Assembly: GCA_963718895.1 (NCBI GenBank)
Contig: CAVRAG010000007.1
Location: 128,001-192,000, forward strand
Source of the DNA: an uncultured Nitrososphaerota archaeon
Lineage (GTDB): Archaea; Thermoproteota; Nitrososphaeria; Nitrososphaerales; Gagatemarchaeaceae
DNA length: 64,000 nucleotides
Direction of reading: 5' to 3'
Shown: positions 1-8,540 of the stretch, piece after piece
How the letters are laid out: each line of letters begins with the position of its first letter
Position numbering within the stretch: position 1 is the first letter of the stretch
Position numbers and translations under genes: made by a program
Notes under the pieces: model-generated
Database searches by the model: none
The model's input: only the letters and a program-made list of their open reading frames with translations
Told to the model about the DNA's origin: nothing

Positions 1-521
1 AAGCTGTCCGTCTCGGACGCCGTGGTCGAGAAGGCCGCTTACATCTACAGGAAGGCCCTGGAGCGCGGGCTGGTGCAGGGGAAGGTCGATCTCCGCGATA
101 ATCGCCGCCTCACTCTACGCCGCCTGCAGGGACAGGGAGACGCCGAGGACCCTCAAGGACCTTGCTGTGGTCTCCAACGTCAAGAAGAAGGACATCGCCA
201 GGTGCTACAGGCTGCTCCTCAAGGAGATGGACATCAAGATGCCCGTGGTCGACCCGACCAAGTGCGTCTCAAGGATAGCGTCCAGGGCGCAGCCTCTCCG
301 AGAGGACGAAGAGGAGGGCGCTGGAGATACTCAAGAAGGCCGAGGAGGCGCGGATCTCGGCCGGGAAGGACCCGATGGGGCTCGCGGCCGCGGCGCTCTA
401 CGTGTCGTGCACCCTCGAGGGCGAGGACAAGACCCAGAGGGACGTCGCCGAGGCTGCCGGAGTGACCGAGGTCACAATCCGGAACAGGTACAAGGGGCTC
501 AGGTCGGCCCTCGGAATATGA
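1..521 (+). CDS. tfb: Transcription initiation factor IIB, 3' part (two apparent frameshifts)
   Basis: Joined frames give EKAAYIYRKALERGLV..SISAIIAASLYAACR..PRTLKD..KKDIARCYR..GKDPMGLAAAALY..TQRDVAEAAGVTEVTIRNRYK, the two cyclin repeats of TFB; stop TGA 519-521. Confidence 0.93.
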
Positions 522-580
522 GAACTGCCGGGTGCAAATCTCTAAAGTGAGTTAGAGATTACACAGAAATTTCACCGCAA

Positions 581-588
581 TATATAAG
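581..588 (+). promoter_or_regulatory. Archaeal TATA box for the Lrp-like regulator
   Basis: TATATAAG about 35 nt upstream of ATG 623 in an AT-rich gap. Confidence 0.6.
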
Positions 589-622
589 TAACGAGTCCGC
601 GGGGCCAACGCCAACGACCTCA

Positions 623-1825
623 ATGTCTCTAGAGAGAGCCGGCGGGAACAGGGAAGAAGAAAGTTCGAACATCAAGACGGGTCAGCTGGCAAAGCTGATC
701 ACCGAGGTAGGGCCGAACATCTCGGAGATTGCGAGACGGCTCGGTCAGTACAAGGAGTCCGTCCGCTACAGGTACAAGGAGAAGTTGCTCAACAAAGGTT
801 TCGCGGTCCGGGTCGCCGTCGACCACGAGAAACTCGGGCTGCGCCGGGTCATCATGCTCATGGACTTCGCCGACGGGTACAGGGACGTCGCGGAGTTGAT
901 GCTTACAATAATGAGCTATGAAGGCTATCTGGTCGCCTTCGAGAAGGTCCTGCCTGACGGGAGGTTCCTCGTGCACGCGTCCGTGCCTGACGAGCAGGTC
1001 GAGGCCTACCGGGAGTTCTTCAGCGGCTTGAGAGAGAAGGGCTACTTCAGGTCGTTCGAGTTCCACACGTTCCACTGGTTCAGGAACTCTCCGATGAAGA
1101 CGGAGATGTACAACTTCGACGAAGGACTCTGGGACTTCGACTGGTCCACTGAGGTGAAGGTTGACAGGCAGGTTGCGTCCTACATGCCTTCGGCGAGAGA
1201 GAAGTTCGACGCCACCGACCTGCAGATCCTCAAGCAGCTCCAGATGGACGGCAACAGGAGCCTCTCCGAGATGGCCGAGAAGCTCAAAATCAACTACAAG
1301 ACGCTCACCTGGCACTTCAGGAAGCACATCGAGGAGAGGAAGCTCATCAAGGGGTACTTGATCAACTGGATGGGGACGAAGTACGACTACAAGGCAGACA
1401 GGGCGCTAAACAAGAAGCACACCTATCTCGCGGTCTCCGTCCTATTCTCAGACCTGGATCAGGCGAAGAGGATTGACGTCATGTCCCGCCTCAACCAGCT
1501 CCCCTTCATCTGGTCCGAGGCCGTCGGAGACAGGTACGAGGCAGAGCTCATCTTCCCGATCGAGTCGATCACAGAGGGGCTCCAGCTCCTGGCCGAGGTC
1601 ATCTCCGAGACCAAGACCAGCGCACGTTACTTCATCATCGACCAGCGCCACGCCCTTTCGTTCAGCATCATCCCCGAGCTCTACAACGAGTCCAAGCAGA
1701 CCTGGGAGTTCAACGACCAGCTTCTCATGCGGCGGTTCGAGAACCTGCTCCAGAGGGCAAAGGGGATAGAGCAAGAAAGCCTATCGCTGCGAAAGACGAA
1801 ACCTGGCCAGCAGATCGGCAGGTAG
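623..1825 (+). CDS. Lrp/AsnC-like transcriptional regulator with two winged-HTH modules
   Basis: N-terminal HTH (GPNISEIARRLG..VRYRY) and an internal AsnC HTH (DATDLQILKQLQMDGNRSLSEMAEKLKINYKTLTWH), each followed by a RAM-like region. Confidence 0.75.
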   Translation: MSLERAGGNREEESSNIKTGQLAKLITEVGPNISEIARRLGQYKESVRYRYKEKLLNKGFAVRVAVDHEKLGLRRVIMLMDFADGYRDVAELMLTIMSYEGYLVAFEKVLPDGRFLVHASVPDEQVEAYREFFSGLREKGYFRSFEFHTFHWFRNSPMKTEMYNFDEGLWDFDWSTEVKVDRQVASYMPSAREKFDATDLQILKQLQMDGNRSLSEMAEKLKINYKTLTWHFRKHIEERKLIKGYLINWMGTKYDYKADRALNKKHTYLAVSVLFSDLDQAKRIDVMSRLNQLPFIWSEAVGDRYEAELIFPIESITEGLQLLAEVISETKTSARYFIIDQRHALSFSIIPELYNESKQTWEFNDQLLMRRFENLLQRAKGIEQESLSLRKTKPGQQIGR

Positions 1826-2006
1826 CCGACCCTGCTGCACGGGTCGTCCCGTGATCCCAGAATCCGCCGAAGGCGCATCGATGCGCGTAAGGGGCTTGTT
1901 CCTGGAAGAGGAGAGGGCCGATTGATAGGTAGAGCAGGAACTCTTTTGGTCGTCCGGCTGCTTCAGCGAGTCCCCTAACCCGCCGCAGAACGCCCGCGGG
2001 ACATGG

Positions 2007-2037
2007 AAAGAAAAGGCGCCCCCAGGGCAAGGAGCGC
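2007..2037 (-). terminator. Hairpin plus T-tract terminator of the repeat-peptide gene
   Basis: Minus strand GCGCTCC-ttgccctg-GGGGCGC followed by CTTTTCTTT, 16 nt after the stop codon. Confidence 0.6.
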
Positions 2038-2053
2038 TAGTAGCTCAGTTTGT

Positions 2054-2242
2054 TCAGTTGCTCGGCCCGAATCCGCCGATGGGGTCCAGGGTTACATAGC
2101 TCGGTCCGAACCCGCCTATTGGATCGCAGCTAGGACCGAATCCGCCTATTGGGTCGAGAGTCAGATAGCTCGGCCCGAATCCGCCGATGGGGTCGCAGCT
2201 AGGTCCGAAACCTCCGATTGGGTCTTCTGATTGAGTGCTCAT
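2054..2242 (-). CDS. 62-aa tandem-repeat peptide (5x DPIGGFGPS), function unknown
   Basis: MSTQSE-DPIGGFGPSC-DPIGGFGPSYLTL-DPIGGFGPSC-DPIGGFGPSYVTL-DPIGGFGPSN; all differences among the 27-nt cores are synonymous in this frame. Confidence 0.85.
   Translation of the reverse strand: MSTQSEDPIGGFGPSCDPIGGFGPSYLTLDPIGGFGPSCDPIGGFGPSYVTLDPIGGFGPSN
2060..2224 (-). repeat. Five 27-bp coding repeats
   Basis: Copies at 2060-2086, 2099-2125, 2129-2155, 2168-2194 and 2198-2224, separated alternately by 12 and 3 nt. Confidence 0.95.
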
Positions 2243-2327
2243 GCAATATGGCTAGCATGGCACGGAGTTAAGCTTAGTGATTTCTTAGTATCACAGTGCA
2301 ATAGTTCATGCGGATTCCAAGATTAGG

Positions 2328-2855
2328 TCAGCCTTCCTTGACCCGGTTCTTCTTCATCTTCCTCAGCTCCTCCTCGGTGAAGAGCGTCCCGAAGTGCGTC
2401 GCGAGGATCTTGACATAGGTCTCGGTCTCCCTCTCGTTCATGTACTGGAACATGTAGTTCCCCCGGTAGGGTGAGGGTTCGCCGTCCCTCGAGATGAACT
2501 CGATGTGGATCAGCGGGTCTCCGTGCCTCACGGTTATCGGCGACCTCTCGTTGTTGAGGTTGACGAGCTCGAGGGCCAGCCTCCCCACGAAGCCGCTGTG
2601 GACCTTCACCGAGTTCAAGAAGGATAGCCCCATCCGCCCGAATCGGCTCTTGGCGGTAAGGTGAGCCACGTAGTTGGGCGGCGTGAAGATGACCTCCTTG
2701 GAGACCATGTTCCTGTGTTCCAGATAGTTCAGCGTCCTGTCCTCCCTGACCGTGAGTACGTAGCCGTCGCCGTCGAAGCCCTCGGGCGAGGTCGGGGAGA
2801 TTACCCTGTACTTCTCGACGAGCTCAGTCAGGATTGATTTGCCGATTACTGTCAT
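2328..2855 (-). CDS. dcd: dCTP deaminase / dUTPase-superfamily protein
   Basis: AKSRFGRMGL, VHSGFVGRLALELVN and PYRGNYMFQ motifs. Confidence 0.7.
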   Translation of the reverse strand: MTVIGKSILTELVEKYRVISPTSPEGFDGDGYVLTVREDRTLNYLEHRNMVSKEVIFTPPNYVAHLTAKSRFGRMGLSFLNSVKVHSGFVGRLALELVNLNNERSPITVRHGDPLIHIEFISRDGEPSPYRGNYMFQYMNERETETYVKILATHFGTLFTEEELRKMKKNRVKEG

Positions 2856-3885
2856 CCGCAGTCACCCCTCCCCGCGTGTTAATAACTCGCTTGAGGAGGC
2901 GGCTGGCGAAGTAGACCAGGCCCGGCAGCCCCAGCAGGAAGACGATGTCTATCGTAGGCACGAAGCTGTAGACGCTGTTGGAAGTCCAGGAGATCCCGTA
3001 TGCGGCCTGCCCATAGAACGCGAAGGCGTTGGCTGCGTAGTCGACGGCCCAGTGGAAGATGATGCTCGCGTGGAGCCCGTATCTGACGTAGAGATAGGCG
3101 AGCGCGACCCCGTCCAGGGCCGCCTCGCTGACCTTTCCGATGTCCCACCCGGCGCCGGAGAGGAAGTGGGCCAGTCCGAAGAGAATCGAGCTCAGGACGA
3201 TAAGGAAGTAGACGAGCACCCTCAGGGTGGGGGCAGAGTAGACCTCGGGCCCTCCGCCGGAGACGCCCTCCCACGCCGAGGAGGGCCGCCAGAGCGCCTT
3301 CAGCATTCGCGTCACGCTCGACCTCGTGAGGAGCATGACGAAGACGAGGGGTACGCCTATCAGGAAGAACCGGAATCCGACCTCCTCGATAAGTGGGGCG
3401 AGGGTGAAGCTCACGAGGAGCCCGTAGGGATCTCCGGAGAGGCCCCCAGAGGGGACGCCGGCGGACGTCTGGAAGAGATCAAGGATTATCGTCGCGAGGA
3501 GCGTCGCGCCAAGGATCATTATCGTCGCCGAGAGCGGGTTTCGCAGAAGGGCGCCCATTCCCTCCCTGGACGCGTCCTTCAGGGCGCGGACGAACCCCCC
3601 TCCCTGCACCGAGGCGAGAGCAAGGAAGAAGGCGAAGAGGACCGTCAGGGAGGCGAAGAGGATCCCGAAAGTGGGGCTGATGGGGAGGGAGATCGCGAAG
3701 AGACCGATGTAGATCGGGACCGAGGCGATCTGGGTCTGATAGGTGTACGGCGGGGTACTCGTCGAGAGGTGGGGCGAGAGGATGGCGTACGTCCCGAACG
3801 GGATGGACAGGACGAAAAGTATCAGCGTGAGCGCCACGATCGCGGCATAGACCAGTCCTGGGACATTGAGCCGGGGCCGCTCCAA
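2824..3885 (-). CDS. CPBP family (CAAX/Abi, Rce1-like) intramembrane glutamic endopeptidase
   Basis: Multiple TM helices; APLIEEVGFR, FGLAH and IIFHWAVD motifs. Confidence 0.88.
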   Translation of the reverse strand: MERPRLNVPGLVYAAIVALTLILFVLSIPFGTYAILSPHLSTSTPPYTYQTQIASVPIYIGLFAISLPISPTFGILFASLTVLFAFFLALASVQGGGFVRALKDASREGMGALLRNPLSATIMILGATLLATIILDLFQTSAGVPSGGLSGDPYGLLVSFTLAPLIEEVGFRFFLIGVPLVFVMLLTRSSVTRMLKALWRPSSAWEGVSGGGPEVYSAPTLRVLVYFLIVLSSILFGLAHFLSGAGWDIGKVSEAALDGVALAYLYVRYGLHASIIFHWAVDYAANAFAFYGQAAYGISWTSNSVYSFVPTIDIVFLLGLPGLVYFASRLLKRVINTRGGVTADDSNRQINPD

Positions 3886-3891
3886 GGAGAG

Positions 3892-4117
3892 TCAGTCCGC
3901 CCGCTTCTTCTCTTCCTTCGGGTCCTTCTGCGCCTCCTCGAGGTAGGCGATGCCCGTGTACCCGCACTTGGGGCACAGGTAGTTCTGCGGGATCGAGCCA
4001 GCCCCCGAGCTCGCCCATCTTCTGAAGCGGGGTGAGGCAGACCGGGCACAGATGCGGGGTCGTCGAGAAGACCTTGCGCCTCACAAGTCTCGGCGTGCCG
4101 ATCTCTGCGTCCTCCAA
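3892..4117 (-). CDS. Small zinc-ribbon protein (one apparent frameshift near 3995)
   Basis: Joined frames: ..HLCPVCLTPL..GWL-PQNYLCPKCGYTGIAYLEE.. Confidence 0.7.
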
Positions 4118-4174
4118 AGGTGTTACCGACCCTCAGCCAAACTCGGAGGCTTTAACGCTTTTCGCGCCGCCCGT

Positions 4175-5644
4175 TCAGGATACCAGGACGGGCACGTAGA
4201 CCGACCTTGAGGTCAGCCCGTCGGAGACCGTCATCAGGAGGAGGTACTGGCCGACGGCCGTCGATGCGGCGACCCGGACGCTGACGCTGACCCCGACCGC
4301 CCGTGGAGGGACGCGATCGAGGTGACGTTCGAGACGAATGAGAGCTTATCCGGGACGGAGCTGATGGACTCCGAGTCCGAGAAGGTGACGTTCAGGGGCC
4401 TGGTCGAGGTCCCCGTGATCTTGAGCTGGAACTGCGCGGAGGAGCCCGCCGCTATCGGCGTGACCGTGCCGTTGGCGGTCGAGGAGACCGAGAAGGAAGG
4501 CACGACCGAGTCGTTGACGAACCCGACCTGGTTCGCGGTCCATGCGGTGAACCAGACGAGGTTTCTGTCGAGCGCGATCGTGAGCGCGTTCCCTATGCCC
4601 ACCTCGTCTATGGGGACGGGGGACATCGCGTACTCCGTCAGTGACGTCTCGTTGGTCGATCTGGGCCACCCTGTTCGCGTCATGCTCGTTGAACCAGACC
4701 GAACTCCCGTTGGCCAAGAGGTAGTAGGGCAGGGTCAGCGGGAGCTTCGGGTCCGTCGAAGTGGGGTAGAACGTCCAGTTGTCGGCATTGGTGTCGTAGG
4801 AGGCGACGTAGGAAGCCTCGTGCTCTCCCACCCAGATCGACCCCTGGGAGACGGCAACGCTGTATGGTCCAAGGAGCGTCTGGTTGCCCCCCACCTGCTG
4901 GAAGGCCATCGCAGCGGCAAGCGGGTCGAACGAGAAGATCTGGCCATGGTTGTCCTGCGGGTTCACCGTGACGACGTAGGCAAGGGTGGCGTCGTGGAAG
5001 AGCATGGAAGCGGTGTACTCACCCGTGGCCGCGGGGACCGAGTGGTAGACCGGCGGGGCGGTCGCGTTGCGTATCATGCCGACCTGTCCGGGAGGCGAGG
5101 TCTCGGTGAACCAGAGGTTGTCCTCGGGATCGATGGCCAGGAAACGAGGGACGACGCTGGGTCCCAGAGGGACCACGGTGAACGACCCCGTCGTCTGGTT
5201 CATGCCGACCAGCTGGTTGTTGGCAGGGTCCGAGGCCCAGACCAGACCGTTCCAGAGGACGACCCCCCAGATCTCCGAGCGGTCGAAGCAGAGGGAGTCC
5301 GGCGTGGAGTTGGGAAAGGGCCACGGGTACTCGACCAGCGTCCCGTTGAGAGGGAAGAGGTGAGCCAGCCCGGGGACCGCGACTTCACCGAACCAGACGG
5401 AGCCGTCCGGCGCCGCTGTTATCGAGTTGGGACTCCTCAGAGGCGAGGGGAGGCTGAAGGTCGTGACGCTCCCGAACTGCGACCTCGTCAGCTGCACCCG
5501 CTGCACCGAGGTGAGGTTCGCGCAAGCGGCCTGCCCCGAAGAACTGCTCGTGCCCGTCCGTTCCTGGACAAGGACGTAGGAGCCCGCGGCTATCGCCCCG
5601 GCGAGCAGGAGGACGACGATGACCGAGACGTACCTGGCTCGCAC
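4175..5644 (-). CDS. Secreted/anchored Vgb (virginiamycin B lyase)-like beta-propeller protein (frameshifted)
   Basis: N-terminal TM; repeated blades (PNSITAAPDGSVWFGE, LAIDPEDNLWFTE, SVWFNEHDANRVA); C-terminal Ig-like domain in shifted frames. Confidence 0.75.
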
Positions 5645-5688
5645 GGCTTCATCGCGCCCCCGGAGGACGTTTTACGGGTTTCGCGGAA

Positions 5689-6348
5689 TCACGCGACGAC
5701 GTTGATCGTGCCATCCATCCAGATCGGGTGCCACTCGCAGAAGTAGGTGTACCTGCCGGGGGTCGTAAAGGTCATGCAGTTCGCCAGCACGCCGGTGGTG
5801 ACGCAGGTGTTGCCCGTGCCGGGCAGGCTGTAGAACTGGAACGGCTGGCCGCTCGTCGGCCATGCGGTCGACTCCAGGATGTGCTCCTGGTCGTCGTGGT
5901 TGGTGAAGAAGACCGTGTTGTTCACCCCGATGACTATGGTGATGTTGATCGGCTCGAACGAGACCTTGTTGGCGAGGTTCTCGATGCCCGGCGGGATTAT
6001 CACCTGCACCTCACTCTTGTTGGCGGAGGCCGAGCTCGTGCGGCTGATGCCTGAGCTGGTAGAGCTGGCTGAGCCGGAAGCTGACGAGGTGGTTGGGGAG
6101 ACGGTCGAAGCTGAACTCGAGGAGGAAGTGGCCGCAGACGACCCCGTCGAGCTCGTGGCTTGGGACGTGGCGATGGAAGACGTCGAGGACGCCGTAGTCC
6201 GGCCGCCCGTGCCCTGGGAGAAGGCGAGGTAAGAGCCGACACCCGCAAGGGCCACGATGACGAACACGAGGATGACCGCGACGCTGGAGGTTACGGCCCT
6301 CCTCTCGCTCGTGTGCTGTCTCATTCTGTTCAGAAAAATGTGCGCCAT
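5689..6348 (-). CDS. Membrane-anchored blue-copper (cupredoxin/plastocyanin-like) protein
   Basis: TM, Ser/Thr linker, then EHILE and YTYFCEWHPIWMDGTINV providing the H-C-H-M type 1 copper ligands. Confidence 0.88.
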   Translation of the reverse strand: MAHIFLNRMRQHTSERRAVTSSVAVILVFVIVALAGVGSYLAFSQGTGGRTTASSTSSIATSQATSSTGSSAATSSSSSASTVSPTTSSASGSASSTSSGISRTSSASANKSEVQVIIPPGIENLANKVSFEPINITIVIGVNNTVFFTNHDDQEHILESTAWPTSGQPFQFYSLPGTGNTCVTTGVLANCMTFTTPGRYTYFCEWHPIWMDGTINVVA

Positions 6349-6416
6349 TTGCGATTTAAGGATTCTTCACTTTGGTCGCCAAACTCTATAAGGATAGTGG
6401 CTCAACTGGGGAACCG

Positions 6417-6536
6417 TTGCCAGAGCAGACCTGCTACTGCGGGGCCAAGATGGTCGAGCTCCAGACCTGCAAATACAGATGCCCGATCGATGGCTCGATA
6501 TGGGACTGCGAGGACGTCCTGGGCCTTCCCAAGTAG
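6417..6536 (+). CDS. 39-aa Cys-rich zinc-finger micro-protein (not in ORF track)
   Basis: TTG start: MPEQTCYCGAKMVELQTCKYRCPIDGSIWDCEDVLGLPK; CTATAAG at 6386-6392 about 25 nt upstream. Confidence 0.75.
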   Translation: MPEQTCYCGAKMVELQTCKYRCPIDGSIWDCEDVLGLPK

Positions 6537-6583
6537 GATGGAGTTCGTTTATAACCCGAAAAGGAGGACGCCGTACCAGTATC

Positions 6584-7603
6584 ATGAAGGCGGCTCTGAT
6601 AGACTCACCAGACGGGCTTAGGATAGTCGAGATGCCCAAGCCGACACCCAAGGAGGGAGAGGTCCTGATCAGGATGAAGTGCTGCGGAATCTGCGGGACG
6701 GACGTCGAGAAGGTCCACGGGGAGGGCATCACGACCCGGATCATCGGCCACGAGGAGGTTGGAGAGGTCGCCGACGTCGGACCTGGCGTGAAGGGAATCT
6801 CGGCAGGCGAGAGGGTCTTCGCCCATCATCACGTGGGCTGCGGGGAGTGCAGCCTATGCCGTAGGGGGAAGAGCACGCTGTGCAGCGAATACGCGAAGCA
6901 CAACCTCGTGCCTTGCGGCCTAGCCGAGTACTTCATCGTGCCGAAGTACAACGTCGACCGGGGTGCGGTCCTCAAGATTCCCGACGGACTGGGGTACGAA
7001 GAGGCCAGCTTCATAGAACCCCTCGCCTGTTGCATCCTCGGGCTCGAGCAGGCTGGAGCGAAGGACGTAGCCTCGGCCATGGTCTACGGGGCCGGACCGG
7101 TGGGCCTGACCCACCTCAAGCTCCTGAGGTCCTACGGAGTGAAGAGGGTGGGGATATCAGACGTGAGCGAGTACAGGGTATCGCTCGCCAAGAGGATGGG
7201 AGCGGAGATCGCGTTCAACCCGACGGTTGAGGGCGAGCGCGAGCGCGCCCTCGGCGAGTTCAGCGAGGGGCCGGAGCTCGTCGTGCTCGCGACCGGGAGC
7301 AGCGCCGCCTTCGAGGACGGGATGAGGTCTGTCGCGAGGGGCGGGACGGTGCTCCTCTTCGGGGCCCCCCGGAAGGACGCCGTCGCGCGGCTCGAGATGG
7401 CGAGGTTCTTCCTGAACGGGACGCGGCTCGTCACAAGCTATGCCTCCTCGGAGCGGGAGACGTCGGCCGCTCTGGCCATTCTAGCCCAGCGAAGGATCGA
7501 GGTAGCCGACATGATCACCCACAGGTTCCCCCTCGAGAGGACGGCCGACGCCTTCGAGGTCGCGTCGCAGCAGCAGTGCATGAAGGCGCTGGTAACGAAC
7601 TGA
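6584..7603 (+). CDS. Zinc-dependent alcohol/polyol dehydrogenase (MDR family)
   Basis: CGICGTD, GHE, CGECSLCRRG..C and GAGPVG; TTTATAA at 6548 supports the start at 6584. Confidence 0.9.
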   Translation: MKAALIDSPDGLRIVEMPKPTPKEGEVLIRMKCCGICGTDVEKVHGEGITTRIIGHEEVGEVADVGPGVKGISAGERVFAHHHVGCGECSLCRRGKSTLCSEYAKHNLVPCGLAEYFIVPKYNVDRGAVLKIPDGLGYEEASFIEPLACCILGLEQAGAKDVASAMVYGAGPVGLTHLKLLRSYGVKRVGISDVSEYRVSLAKRMGAEIAFNPTVEGERERALGEFSEGPELVVLATGSSAAFEDGMRSVARGGTVLLFGAPRKDAVARLEMARFFLNGTRLVTSYASSERETSAALAILAQRRIEVADMITHRFPLERTADAFEVASQQQCMKALVTN

Positions 7604-7655
7604 CCCTCGAACAGACGGGCTGCGGTCAGGTGCCAGGAGGAGCGGGCTGGTCCAT

Positions 7656-8501
7656 TTGAAGATCCGTCTCCTCGACCTCGTCCTGGTCCTGCTGGTCTGC
7701 CTGATCTGGGCCGCGAACTACTTCGTCATAAAGGCGGTCCTTCCCTACGTCGACCCCATCACCTTCGCCCTCCTCCGTGCAGTTCTGGGAGGGGTGTTCG
7801 TGGTTGCGATAGGAGGGCACGTCATCAAGGGGTTGAGACGCGTCGACCTTCTCTGGCTGACGCTTCTGGGCCTCTTCAACATAGCTCTCTTCCTTATTTT
7901 CCTGAACCTCAGTCTCGTGACCGCCAACGCCGGGGTCGACTCGACGCTGATCTACACTCAGCCGGTGATCGTTGCGGTGCTCGCGCCGCTGGTGGGAGAG
8001 AAGTTCACCCGCGGGAGGGTTCTCGGCATAGCCGCGGCGTTCGGGGGCATCGTCGTGATATTCCTGCCCAGCATCGTCTCCTCCACCTTGGTCGTGGGCG
8101 ACCTGTACGCGCTCGTCGCGTCCCTCTCCTGGGCGATTGCCATCATCCTCTTCAAGCGGTGGAGGACCACGATGGACGCCAGGACGATAACAGCGGTCCA
8201 GTCTCTTGTCGGAGGAGTCTTCATCCTCCCTGTCGTCTTCGCCGGCCACCCCTTCATCAGCCCGGCGCCGATCTTCTGGGTGCTCCTCGGCTACAACGTC
8301 GTGCTCGTGAGCGGGCTGGCGTACGTGATCTTCTGGAAGGTGCTCTCCAGCATGCCGGCCGCGCAGTTCGCCTCCTATTTCTTCCTCGTCCCTGTCTTCG
8401 CCGTCACCATAGGGACCCTCCTCCAGTTGAGCGCGCCACCCCTGACCGAGGTCGCCGGGACGGCGCTGGTCGCCCTAGGGATCATAGCCGTGAACAGGTA
8501 A
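7656..8501 (+). CDS. DMT/EamA family transporter
   Basis: About 10 TM helices; LIWAANY..IK and YTQPVIVAVLA..GEK patterns. Confidence 0.88.
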   Translation: MKIRLLDLVLVLLVCLIWAANYFVIKAVLPYVDPITFALLRAVLGGVFVVAIGGHVIKGLRRVDLLWLTLLGLFNIALFLIFLNLSLVTANAGVDSTLIYTQPVIVAVLAPLVGEKFTRGRVLGIAAAFGGIVVIFLPSIVSSTLVVGDLYALVASLSWAIAIILFKRWRTTMDARTITAVQSLVGGVFILPVVFAGHPFISPAPIFWVLLGYNVVLVSGLAYVIFWKVLSSMPAAQFASYFFLVPVFAVTIGTLLQLSAPPLTEVAGTALVALGIIAVNR

Positions 8502-8540
8502 CCGCTCAAGCTTATCTCCAAACTCGGGGAGTGCTGGGCC

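Noticed and set aside
1725-2030. Minus-strand ORF containing AFGGFW, similar to the IGGFG core
   Set aside because: Short match, atypical composition, overlaps the regulator and starts inside the terminator; probably chance.
2060-2224. CRISPR array or mini-array
   Set aside because: Spacers are only 3 or 12 nt, repeats vary with codon periodicity, and there are no cas genes.
2003-2230. Plus-strand 75-aa ORF over the repeats
   Set aside because: The repeat differences are non-synonymous in this frame (RPESADG, RSEPAYW, RTESAYW); it is the antisense shadow of the minus-strand gene.
2839-5746. Long antisense ORFs (2839-4035, 4322-5746; also 51985-53538, 27540-28637 and others)
   Set aside because: Stop-poor shadow frames of GC3-rich genes on the opposite strand, with no motifs.
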